Source: Actinomycetota bacterium
GTDB lineage: Bacteria > Actinomycetota > JAUVYG01
Direction: 5' to 3'
DNA: 63,981 nucleotides
Assembly: GCA_030603185.1 (NCBI GenBank)
Contig: JAUVYG010000001.1
Span: 1-63,981, forward strand
The notes under the pieces were generated by a model. The model searched no databases and was not told the origin of the DNA. It worked only from the letters and a program-made list of their open reading frames with translations. The translations under genes were made by a program, and so were the position numbers. Positions 40,777 to 49,940 of the stretch are shown in pieces (positions within the stretch are counted from its first letter, which is position 1; each line of letters starts with the position of its first letter).

Positions 40777-42985
40777 TACTGGTGCTACCGCTCCACTGTA
40801 CGAAGAACTAGGGCTTACGGCATCTGAGTATCAGATGATCCTAGAGACTCTAGGTCGAGAGCCGACCCAGGTCGAGCTGGCGATGTACTCGGTGATGTGG
40901 TCTGAACACTGTGGCTACAAACACTCACGCTCTATGCTCGGAAGATTCCCTACCGAGGGCGAGAAAGTGCTTCAGGGGCCAGGAGAGAACGCCGGTGTTA
41001 TTGACGTCGGCGACGGATGGGCTGTTGCATTTAAGATGGAGAGCCACAATCATCCCTCAGCCGTCGAGCCCTTTCAGGGTGCCGCGACCGGGGTTGGCGG
41101 CATCGTACGCGACATAATAGCGATGGGTGCGCGGCCCATAGCGCTGCTTGATTCGCTTAGGTTTGGGAGTCTAGAGTCCCCAAGGGTCCAGCATCTCTTC
41201 GAAGAGGCTGTCGCTGGTATCGGCGGTTACGGAAATTGTATTGGCGTTCCCACAGTCGGCGGAGAGCTGTTCTTTGATCCATCCTACGAAGGGAACTGTC
41301 TGGTCAACGCCATGTGCATCGGACTCCTGCGGGCCGATCAACTCACATCAGCAGCTGCTGCGGGAGTTGGAAATCCGGTCATTCTATTTGGTTCACGAAC
41401 CGGTAGAGACGGAATCGGTGGAGCCAGTGTTCTCGCATCCCAAGAGTTTAAAGAGGGAGATGAAGAGAAGCGACCGAGCGTGCAGGTCGGAGACCCCTTC
41501 ACCGAAAAGCTTCTCATTGAAGCCAGTCTTGAGCTCCTAGACAAAGAACTTCTTGTCGCGCTTCAGGACCTGGGCGCCGCTGGGCTGACCAGTAGTGCGG
41601 CAGAAATGGCGTCACTTGGGGGGATGGGGATAGAGCTTGACGTTGCTGCGGTCCCTCTTCGCGAAAGTGGGATGGAGCCATGGGAAGTTATGATCTCTGA
41701 GTCTCAGGAGCGCATGCTAGCGGTAGTCACTCCCGAAAAAGTGGCAGCCGTGACTGAGGTCTGTGAAAAGTGGGGATTGACCGCTACCCAGGTGGGCGTT
41801 CTGATTGAAGACTCCGAGTTCGTGATCAATGATGGTTCTGACGAGGTAGGGCGAATTCCGGTACTATCGCTCACTGACGATTGCCCCAAATATCAGCCAG
41901 AATCAAAGAAGCCTGACTATATCGAGGCCTCGGTGCCAAGTGTTGCCACCGTCTTTTCTAGCGATTCGGTCGAGGATGAGCTTCTCGATTTGCTTGGTAG
42001 CCCGAATATCGCCAGCAAGAGATCCGTCTGGGATCAATACGATCACATGGTCATGACCAACACCACTGTTCTACCCGGACATGATGCCGCTGTAATACGA
42101 CTCAAAGGCACTGACCGTGGTCTTGCTATGACCTCGGACTGCAACAGCCGGTATGTTTACCTCGACCCCCTCAAGGGGGGAATGATCGCAGTAGCAGAAG
42201 CTGCTCGGAATGTCTCGGCTACAGGAGCGACCCCAGCTGCGATCACTGATTGTCTAAACTTCGGAAATCCTGAGAAGCCAGAGATCTACTGGCAGTTCAA
42301 AAATGCCATCGAAGGTATAAGTCAGGCCTGTGAAGCCTTTGGGGTACCTGTTGTGAGCGGAAACGTCAGCTTCTATAACGAATCCAATGGAGCTGCGATA
42401 TACCCAACTCCAACCATCGGTATGGTGGGGACGCTGGATGACGTCACGAAGACCTGTGAATCCGGCTTTAGGTCTGACGGCGACCGGATATTCTTGGTGG
42501 GTGACACACTTTCTGAACTAGGCGGGAGCGAGTATGCCTCTCATGTCCACAATATCGTAGAGGGGCCGATTCCTTCCTTGGACCTAGGGGTGGCAAAGGC
42601 TACGTGCGACATGGTCAGGTCTGCCGTTTCATCTGGGGTTTTGAAATCCGCCCATGACCTCAGCGAAGGAGGCCTAGCGATTGCCGTTGCTGAGTCCTGC
42701 GTCAACGGTGCGATAGGTGCTAAAATAGATCTCTCATCGTCAGGGCAGGAACTCTCAATCGTAGAGTCGTTGTTCTCTGAGACGCAATCCAGGTTTCTCG
42801 TTAGCACTTCACAGTCTGACGGGGATGGTTTTTTGAAATTAGCAGAAGAGTTCGGCATCCGGGTGGCAGAAATCGGAGAGGTCGGCGGGGACGCGATGCA
42901 GATCGGTTCCGCAGTTGAGTTACCTCTCGATGTTGTCTGCAACACATACCAGCAAGGCATACAGAAGTGGATTCAGAAGACCTGA
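40769..42985 (+). CDS. purL: FGAM synthase subunit II (small PurL)
   Basis: 738 aa. WSEHCGYKHS and NHPSAVEPFQGAATGVGG. Confidence 0.95.
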   Translation: MSNTGATAPLYEELGLTASEYQMILETLGREPTQVELAMYSVMWSEHCGYKHSRSMLGRFPTEGEKVLQGPGENAGVIDVGDGWAVAFKMESHNHPSAVEPFQGAATGVGGIVRDIIAMGARPIALLDSLRFGSLESPRVQHLFEEAVAGIGGYGNCIGVPTVGGELFFDPSYEGNCLVNAMCIGLLRADQLTSAAAAGVGNPVILFGSRTGRDGIGGASVLASQEFKEGDEEKRPSVQVGDPFTEKLLIEASLELLDKELLVALQDLGAAGLTSSAAEMASLGGMGIELDVAAVPLRESGMEPWEVMISESQERMLAVVTPEKVAAVTEVCEKWGLTATQVGVLIEDSEFVINDGSDEVGRIPVLSLTDDCPKYQPESKKPDYIEASVPSVATVFSSDSVEDELLDLLGSPNIASKRSVWDQYDHMVMTNTTVLPGHDAAVIRLKGTDRGLAMTSDCNSRYVYLDPLKGGMIAVAEAARNVSATGATPAAITDCLNFGNPEKPEIYWQFKNAIEGISQACEAFGVPVVSGNVSFYNESNGAAIYPTPTIGMVGTLDDVTKTCESGFRSDGDRIFLVGDTLSELGGSEYASHVHNIVEGPIPSLDLGVAKATCDMVRSAVSSGVLKSAHDLSEGGLAIAVAESCVNGAIGAKIDLSSSGQELSIVESLFSETQSRFLVSTSQSDGDGFLKLAEEFGIRVAEIGEVGGDAMQIGSAVELPLDVVCNTYQQGIQKWIQKT

Positions 42986-44433
42986 AAAATGACTGCATGG
43001 AAGAGGCCTGTGGCGTCTTCGGCATTTGGGCACCTGGCGAAAGCGTAGCTAAACTTACCTACCTCGGACTCTTTGCACTTCAGCATCGCGGCCAAGAGAG
43101 CGCTGGTATTGCAGTTGCCGATGGTAAGGAGATGAAGCACCACAAAGAGATGGGGCTTGTCTCCCAAGTATTCAAGGATCTTGAACTAGCGCGGCTCACC
43201 GGCGATCACGCCATAGGTCACGTTCGGTACTCCACCACTGGCTCCTCCTACTGGGAGAACGCTCAGCCTATAATATCTGAGTTTGCTGGAACACCTTTTG
43301 CCCTTGCTCACAATGGCAACCTGGTCAACACCGAGATGCTTCGCGCAGAGCTTTCTGACAGAGACCGAGACCTGAAGACGACGAGTGACAGCGAAGTCAT
43401 CGCTGAGCTGATAGCCGAATCAACCTATCCGACGATTGAAGAAGCCATCATCGAGGCCTGCTCGCGAATCAATGGTGCCTACTCGGTGGTCATCATGACT
43501 CCAACCAGTGTTATCGGGTTTCGCGATCCCCGAGGCATCCGACCTCTGGTGCTCGGCAATATGGGTGAGGATCAACCGATATTGTCATCAGAGACTGCAG
43601 GTATTGATATTGTCGGCGGCGAGTTTGTGCGTGAGATCGAGCCGGGCGAGATGCTGGTCATAGATGAGGACGGCTTGAGGTCCATGCGGGTCGCACCCAA
43701 GGATGAAAGCTCCCTGTGTATTTTTGAGTTCATCTACTTTGCTCGACCCGACAGCAAAATGCTGGGCACGACCCTGTACCAAGCTAGAAGAAGAATGGGT
43801 CGCACACTTGCACTTGAGTCACCTGTCCCGGCGGATATAATTATCGGCGTTCCTGACAGCGGCACTCCCGCAGCTATCGGATACGCGGAAGGTATCGGAA
43901 TTCCTTTCGGAGAAGGACTCATCAAGAACCGTTACATCGGCCGCACCTTCATTCAGCCCAACCAAACGATCAGAGAACTCGGCATCAGAGTAAAACTGAA
44001 TCCTTTGTCCGAGGCCGTAGCCGGGCGACGCGTAGTAGTGGTGGATGACTCTATCGTGCGAGGAAATACTAGCAGGGCTATTGTTCAGATGCTTCGAGAC
44101 GCTGGGGCACTGGAGGTACACATGAGGATTAGCTCACCCCCTGTAGCGTGGCCTTGCTTCTTCGGGATAGACACTGCGGACAGCGATAGTCTTATCGCTT
44201 CAGTCAAGTCGGTTGAAGAGATAGGGGAGTTTCTCGGTGCAGACAGCCTTAGCTATCTATCTATCGACGGGCTGATCAGAGCCACTGGAAATAGCAAAGA
44301 GTCATTTTGCTGTGCATGTTTGAATGGCGAATACCCGATAGAGATACCCGAGGATCTCAAGATGACGAAGCTTAAACTCGAGGGGTCAGAAGAAGAACCA
44401 GAGCTGGACCATACCAGGCAGTCTGCCAGCTAA
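42967..44433 (+). CDS. purF: Amidophosphoribosyltransferase
   Basis: Ntn nucleophile CGVFGIW after a short propeptide. The start may instead be ATG 42997. Confidence 0.93.
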   Translation: MDSEDLKNDCMEEACGVFGIWAPGESVAKLTYLGLFALQHRGQESAGIAVADGKEMKHHKEMGLVSQVFKDLELARLTGDHAIGHVRYSTTGSSYWENAQPIISEFAGTPFALAHNGNLVNTEMLRAELSDRDRDLKTTSDSEVIAELIAESTYPTIEEAIIEACSRINGAYSVVIMTPTSVIGFRDPRGIRPLVLGNMGEDQPILSSETAGIDIVGGEFVREIEPGEMLVIDEDGLRSMRVAPKDESSLCIFEFIYFARPDSKMLGTTLYQARRRMGRTLALESPVPADIIIGVPDSGTPAAIGYAEGIGIPFGEGLIKNRYIGRTFIQPNQTIRELGIRVKLNPLSEAVAGRRVVVVDDSIVRGNTSRAIVQMLRDAGALEVHMRISSPPVAWPCFFGIDTADSDSLIASVKSVEEIGEFLGADSLSYLSIDGLIRATGNSKESFCCACLNGEYPIEIPEDLKMTKLKLEGSEEEPELDHTRQSAS

Positions 44434-44544
44434 GTCAGCCCCATAAAGGCAACACTTGTTGTCACTCTCGGATATTCAATCGTATGTGGTAGAATATGGA
44501 CTTTAGTTTTTCAGCCTATGACCCAGTTTAAGGGGCGCATTTAA

Positions 44545-45102
44545 GTGATAAATACCAGCCAGTTCAAGAATGGCATTACGTTGGATATTGGTGGGGACTT
44601 GATGACCATAATCGATTTTCAACACGTTAAGCCCGGCAAGGGTGGGGCGTTTGTTCGCACCAAACTCAAGAATGCCAAGACAGGCCGAGTCTTGGATCAG
44701 ACTTTTAGGGCTGGGGAGAAAGTCGAGCAAGCTCGACTCGATCGTCGCAACATGCAGTACCTCTACTCCGATGGAACCAATTACACATTTATGGACACCC
44801 AAAGCTATGAGCAGGTTGAGTTGTCCGGAGAGTTCATTGGTGACAACACGCTCTACTTAAAAGAGAACATGGAGGTCCAGGTGGTCTTTCATTCAGGAAA
44901 TGCCATAGGGCTTGATCTTCCTTTGTCGGTGGAGCTAGTGGTTAAGGAAACAACCGCTGGGATAAAAGGGGATACAGTGCAGGGCGGCACAAAACCTGCG
45001 ACCCTCGAAACCGGAGCCACCGTTAATGTTCCGATGTTCATAGACACAGGCGAGACCATCAAGGTCGACACCAGGACCGGCGAGTACCTAGAGCGCGCCT
45101 AG
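44545..45102 (+). CDS. efp: Elongation factor P
   Basis: FQHVKPGKGGAFVRTKLKN loop. Confidence 0.95.
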   Translation: MINTSQFKNGITLDIGGDLMTIIDFQHVKPGKGGAFVRTKLKNAKTGRVLDQTFRAGEKVEQARLDRRNMQYLYSDGTNYTFMDTQSYEQVELSGEFIGDNTLYLKENMEVQVVFHSGNAIGLDLPLSVELVVKETTAGIKGDTVQGGTKPATLETGATVNVPMFIDTGETIKVDTRTGEYLERA

Positions 45103-45147
45103 CCTTGGCCGGAATGTCCCTTTCCCATACAGAAATGAAGCAATGAT

Positions 45148-46995
45148 ATGTCAGTAGGAATTACAGATACAACACTAAGAGACGCTCATCAGTCACTCTG
45201 GGCTACTCGAATGCTTACAGAAGATATGGTGCCGGTGCTCAAGCAGATCGACAACGTTGGTTACTTCTCAGCGGAAGTCTGGGGAGGAGCCACTTTTGAC
45301 GCGAGTCTCCGGTTTCTTGATGAGAACCCCTGGGATCGACTACGGGTCATCAAGAAACACATGCAGAGAACACCACTTCAGATGTTGCTGCGAGGACAGA
45401 ACCTCGTAGGCTATCGTCACTACAGTGACGACCTTGTCCGCAGGTTCGTTAAGGCATCAGTGGATAACGGAATGGATATATTTCGAAACTTCGACGCGCT
45501 GAACGACACTAGGAATCTTAAGTCGTCATTTGAGGCCATCAAGGAGTTCGGTGGTCACGCCTCTGGCGCGGTCGTCTATACGATCAGTCCGGTTCACACT
45601 CTTGATCACTATGTAGAGACCGCCCTCGAGATGGTCGAGATGGGTGTGGACTCCATATGCATCAAGGATATGGCGGCTCTTCTTACTCCGGCCAGAACAG
45701 AGAAGCTGGTTCGCAGATTGAAGGCCGAGATCGACCTACCGTTGATCGTTCATTGTCACTACATCGGTGGTATGGCTCCAATGAACTACTGGAAGGCCAT
45801 AGAAGCTGGAGCCGATGTTATCGATACTGCGACTGTACCGATTGCATTCGGTAACTCACAGCCGGCTACAGAGATGATTGTAGCTGCCCTAAAAGAGACG
45901 CCTTTTGATACACGATTGGATTTGAACAAGCTATATGAGATAGCGGAATACTTTGAGCAGATCAGAGTCCGTCGTCATTACAAGCGTGGTGTGACCTCAC
46001 TGGCTCACATGAGGGTATTCTCTCATCAGGTTCCCGGTGGAATGATCTCAAATCTTATCTCACAGCTCGAACAGCAGGGTGCCGTAGACAGGCTTGACGA
46101 GGTGCTTGAGGAAATACCGCGTGTACGCGCCGAAGTCGGATTCCCACCATTGGTCACGCCGTTGAGTCAGATTGTCGGCACTCAAGCAGTTTTGAATGTG
46201 CTTACCGGAAAACGTTGGGGATTGATCCCCGGGGAAATGAAGGACTACATCAAGGGGCTTTACGGAAAGGCACCCGGATCGATGGACCCGGATATAGCCG
46301 CGAAGGTGCTTGGGGATCTTAAGCCTATCACCCACAGACCTGCTGATGATCTGACCGAAACGTTCGATGGTTACGCAAAAGAAATCGGTGACCTAGCCCG
46401 CACGGAAGAGGATGTGCTAATGTATGCGCTCTTCCCGAATGAGGCCCGAGCATATCTTGAGAAGCATCAAGAAGGCGTCGAAGGCGCCGTGTTTATGCAA
46501 GGGGCCGTGGCCAGAACCACAACAGAAGGGGACGACGTGGATGTCGAGCAAATAAAGGAGCTAGTAAAGCTTCTTGATGATAGCCAGGTTGGCGAGATAA
46601 TCGTCGAAGAAGGCGAAACAAAAGTACAGATAAGAAGAACTGGCACGATGGCCCAGTCTCCGACTGAAAGCGTCGAAAAAGCTAACTCTGCTGCAGGTGT
46701 CCCGGCAGCAACTGACACCTCCAAGGTGGACTCCCTTGAGCGCCCTGATAGCTGGAAGAAGGTCGTGGCTCCCATGGTGGGTACCCTATATAGGTCCCCT
46801 TCACCAGACGCGGCACCATACGTCGAGGTAGACGACTCAGTAGAGGAGTCTCAGACGCTGTGCATCGTCGAAGCAATGAAGTTGATGAATGAAATTCCCA
46901 TGGAAGAGCGTGGGGTTATCAAAGAAATCGGCGTTGAGAATGGTGACGCCGTCGAGTACGGTCAAGTACTGTTCTGGTACGAGCCGCTGGGTTAG
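45148..46995 (+). CDS. Carboxyltransferase (5S) + biotinyl-carrier fusion: pyruvate carboxylase subunit B / oxaloacetate decarboxylase alpha-like
   Basis: ITDTTLRDAHQS TIM-barrel start. C-terminal biotinylation motif VEAMKLMNEI. Confidence 0.85.
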   Translation: MSVGITDTTLRDAHQSLWATRMLTEDMVPVLKQIDNVGYFSAEVWGGATFDASLRFLDENPWDRLRVIKKHMQRTPLQMLLRGQNLVGYRHYSDDLVRRFVKASVDNGMDIFRNFDALNDTRNLKSSFEAIKEFGGHASGAVVYTISPVHTLDHYVETALEMVEMGVDSICIKDMAALLTPARTEKLVRRLKAEIDLPLIVHCHYIGGMAPMNYWKAIEAGADVIDTATVPIAFGNSQPATEMIVAALKETPFDTRLDLNKLYEIAEYFEQIRVRRHYKRGVTSLAHMRVFSHQVPGGMISNLISQLEQQGAVDRLDEVLEEIPRVRAEVGFPPLVTPLSQIVGTQAVLNVLTGKRWGLIPGEMKDYIKGLYGKAPGSMDPDIAAKVLGDLKPITHRPADDLTETFDGYAKEIGDLARTEEDVLMYALFPNEARAYLEKHQEGVEGAVFMQGAVARTTTEGDDVDVEQIKELVKLLDDSQVGEIIVEEGETKVQIRRTGTMAQSPTESVEKANSAAGVPAATDTSKVDSLERPDSWKKVVAPMVGTLYRSPSPDAAPYVEVDDSVEESQTLCIVEAMKLMNEIPMEERGVIKEIGVENGDAVEYGQVLFWYEPLG

Positions 46996-48342
46996 ATGAT
47001 CAAATCAGTTCTTATCGCCAACAGAGGCGAGATAGCCGTACGAGTGATCAGAGCCTGTGCAGAGGCCGGTATTGAGTCCATCGCTGTCTACAGCACAGCA
47101 GACGAAGATTCGATGCATGTACAGATTGCAGATAGAGCGATATGCATAGGGCCACCTACTCCTTCAGAGAGCTACCTAAGTATCCCTTCCATAATCTCAG
47201 CTGCTGAAGTATCCGGAGCCGACGCAATACACCCCGGATACGGATTCCTTGCCGAGAATGCGACGCTGGCGGAGGTTTGTGTAAATCACGGGATAGTTTT
47301 TGTCGGACCCACGGCCGAGACCATCGAGTCCTTTGGTAATAAATCCATCGCCAAGAATATGGCTCAGAACGCAGGCGTACCAACTGTGCCAGGTAGCGAG
47401 GGTGCCTTGGATGCTCCTGAAGATGCTGCCGAAATAGCTGACAGAATCGGCTTTCCAGTCGTGGTCAAGGCTTCAGCTGGTGGCGGTGGACGTGGCATGC
47501 GAGTGGTTCAGAGCGCAAAGGACCTGAAAGATTCGGTTGCAGCCGCAATGGCCGAGGCCAAGCATGCTTTTGGGAACGGTGACGTATATCTAGAAAAATA
47601 CCTAGAAGAGCCAAGACACGTCGAGATTCAGATACTCGGGGACACCCATGGGAACAGGATTCATCTAGGCGAGCGAGATTGCTCAATCCAGAGGCGGCAC
47701 CAGAAATTACTAGAGGAATCGCCCTCACCTGCATTGGATGATAGTCTTCGCCTGAAGATGGGTGAGGCCGCGCTGAAACTTGCAGAGGCCGCGAACTATG
47801 TCGGTGCAGGTACAGTCGAGTTCCTTTTGGATAGAACTGGCGAGTTTTACTTTATCGAGCTAAATGCACGTGTTCAGGTCGAACACCCGGTCACCGAGAT
47901 GGTCACCGGAGTGGATGTTGTCAGGCAACAGCTCCGGATCGCCGATGGTGAAGTACTTGGCATATCTCAAGACGATGTTCGAATGAACGGCCATGCTATT
48001 GAGTTTCGGATCAATGCTGAGGACCCTGACATGGACTTCATGCCCGAGGCTGGGACAATCGCCATGTACTCACCCCCTGGCGGTCCAGGTGTAAGAGTGG
48101 ATTCTCATTTGTACACTGGTTACACGGTTCCCCCCAACTACGACTCGCTCCTTGGGAAACTCATCGTATGGGCTCCGAACCGTGAAGAAGCGATGAACAG
48201 GGGAGAGAGAGCCTTGAAGGAATTTGTGGTCGGGGGTATCAAAACGACGATACCGTTCCACCTTAAAGTTCTCAATAATGCCTTCTTTCGTAAGGGTGAT
48301 GTATATACTAATTTCATCGCCCGTAGGCTACTATCTGAATAG
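46996..48342 (+). CDS. accC: Biotin carboxylase (AccC / pyruvate carboxylase subunit A)
   Basis: IANRGEIAVRVIRA and ATP-grasp GGGGRGMRVV. The start abuts the upstream stop. Confidence 0.92.
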   Translation: MIKSVLIANRGEIAVRVIRACAEAGIESIAVYSTADEDSMHVQIADRAICIGPPTPSESYLSIPSIISAAEVSGADAIHPGYGFLAENATLAEVCVNHGIVFVGPTAETIESFGNKSIAKNMAQNAGVPTVPGSEGALDAPEDAAEIADRIGFPVVVKASAGGGGRGMRVVQSAKDLKDSVAAAMAEAKHAFGNGDVYLEKYLEEPRHVEIQILGDTHGNRIHLGERDCSIQRRHQKLLEESPSPALDDSLRLKMGEAALKLAEAANYVGAGTVEFLLDRTGEFYFIELNARVQVEHPVTEMVTGVDVVRQQLRIADGEVLGISQDDVRMNGHAIEFRINAEDPDMDFMPEAGTIAMYSPPGGPGVRVDSHLYTGYTVPPNYDSLLGKLIVWAPNREEAMNRGERALKEFVVGGIKTTIPFHLKVLNNAFFRKGDVYTNFIARRLLSE

Positions 48343-48414
48343 TCCCCGTTCATTTATGGTGGATCTAGCCACTGCGCAAATTGGAAATCGAATGATACAG
48401 AGGTGCCCTTCCGA

Positions 48415-48846
48415 ATGATGGAAAGACGGCGAGAGCGAAGAACAGCTCTAGAGATCTTGTATCAAAAAGAGATCAGTGGTGGCACCAGTGAAGACATCAT
48501 CTTGTCTCGCAGCCTATTCAAATCAACTCCAGTACCTGAATTCGCCAGACGGTTGATTAAGGGCGTTATCATGCACCAGGATCAGATAGATGGACTTATC
48601 GACCGCTGTGCTGACAATTGGAGCATCGATCGAATGGCGATTATAGACAGCACGATTCTTCGGATGTGTTGCTATGAGCTTATATACGAGGAAGAGATTC
48701 CAGTCGGGGTCTCTATTAATGAGGCCGTCGAATTGGCTAAGCTTTTTGGTGACGAGGATTCCAGTAAATTCGTTAATGGGCTAGCCGCTCGCATCGCGAA
48801 GGAAGTCGCTGTACCATCAAGCTCCTCCAGAGAAGGTAAGAGCTAG
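48415..48846 (+). CDS. nusB: Transcription antitermination factor NusB
   Basis: RRERRTALEILYQ N-terminus. Alternative start at 48403. Confidence 0.88.
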   Translation: MMERRRERRTALEILYQKEISGGTSEDIILSRSLFKSTPVPEFARRLIKGVIMHQDQIDGLIDRCADNWSIDRMAIIDSTILRMCCYELIYEEEIPVGVSINEAVELAKLFGDEDSSKFVNGLAARIAKEVAVPSSSSREGKS

Positions 48847-49011
48847 ATGGCACACCCTGCCTCCTCAACACAGCTCAACGAGCTAGAGGGCATTGTCAGC
48901 AGTCTTGAGTCAGCAGTAAAAGACAACACAGAACTCTCTGAATCAGTTGAACGGCTCACTACGCTTACTAATGCCCTCAATGAGTACTTCGAACTTGCTG
49001 ATGGTGAGTGA
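48847..49011 (+). CDS. xseB: Exodeoxyribonuclease VII small subunit-like (54 aa, not in ORF track)
   Basis: The ATG abuts the nusB stop. LNELEGIVSSLES resembles the XseB helix L-x-ELE-x-IV-x-x-LE. Position before ispA matches Bacillota. Confidence 0.5.
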   Translation: MAHPASSTQLNELEGIVSSLESAVKDNTELSESVERLTTLTNALNEYFELADGE

Positions 49012-49885
49012 GGGTAACCCCTCTATGGTTGAGGGCGATCGAATCCAGGAAGTCCTGCGGGAATATCTGCCGAACCACAGGGACATACCCGAAAAATTAG
49101 TAGAGGCGATGAGCTATTCGCTTTTTGCAGGTGGCAAGAGGCTGCGACCGTCCCTTGTGTTTGCAGGCGCCCAAGCTGTTGGAGTCGACCCAGACAAGGT
49201 CAGGCCGCTGGCCGCAGCTGTAGAGTTCGTACACACCTATTCTTTGATCCACGACGACCTTCCGGCCCTAGACAATGATGACTTCAGGCGCGGGAAACCC
49301 ACATGCCACCGGGTGTTTGGTGAGGATATCGCCATTATGGCAGGGGATGCTCTACTTACTGAAGCATTCTCAATCATTTCTCGCGACCAAGAGTGTACAG
49401 ACTTGAGCGCCCACAGGAACCTTCTTGATGCTATGGGGCAGGCATTGGGCGCCAGGGGGATGGTCGGGGGCCAAGTCAGAGATCTAATGGCTTCACAGGA
49501 GTTCAGCCAAGAGGACCTCGAGGCGGTTCATAGCGGAAAGACCGGTGCGCTGATCGCGTTCTGCATGTCCGCTGCAGCTATAGCCTTTGCAAAGCCTCAG
49601 GCGGTGATTACCGCGATCAAAGAGTTCGGTCTCGAGGTAGGTTTGGCTTTTCAGATAATCGACGACGTGATCGATGAAACGGGAACACTAGAGGAGATAG
49701 GGAAGAATCCTGGAAGTGATCGGTCTGGTAATAAGCTCACCTATACAGTTCTGATGTCCACCACTGAGGCTACTGAGCTTGCAGAGAGAACTTTTGTCTC
49801 GGCGAGTCACCAGCTGGCTAGCGTTGCTTTGGACCCTGAACCCCTCATGGCCGTCGCCCATCTGATGGTGCACAGGAGAGCGTGA
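49001..49885 (+). CDS. ispA: (2E,6E)-farnesyl diphosphate synthase
   Basis: Asp-rich motifs LIHDDLPALDNDDFRRG and FQIIDDVID. Start uncertain (49001 or 49025). Confidence 0.9.
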   Translation: MVSEGNPSMVEGDRIQEVLREYLPNHRDIPEKLVEAMSYSLFAGGKRLRPSLVFAGAQAVGVDPDKVRPLAAAVEFVHTYSLIHDDLPALDNDDFRRGKPTCHRVFGEDIAIMAGDALLTEAFSIISRDQECTDLSAHRNLLDAMGQALGARGMVGGQVRDLMASQEFSQEDLEAVHSGKTGALIAFCMSAAAIAFAKPQAVITAIKEFGLEVGLAFQIIDDVIDETGTLEEIGKNPGSDRSGNKLTYTVLMSTTEATELAERTFVSASHQLASVALDPEPLMAVAHLMVHRRA

Positions 49886-49940
49886 GCAATGTTGTCATCA
49901 GTATGTTTGAATTCAACTAATAGATATCTACCAGTAAGGG

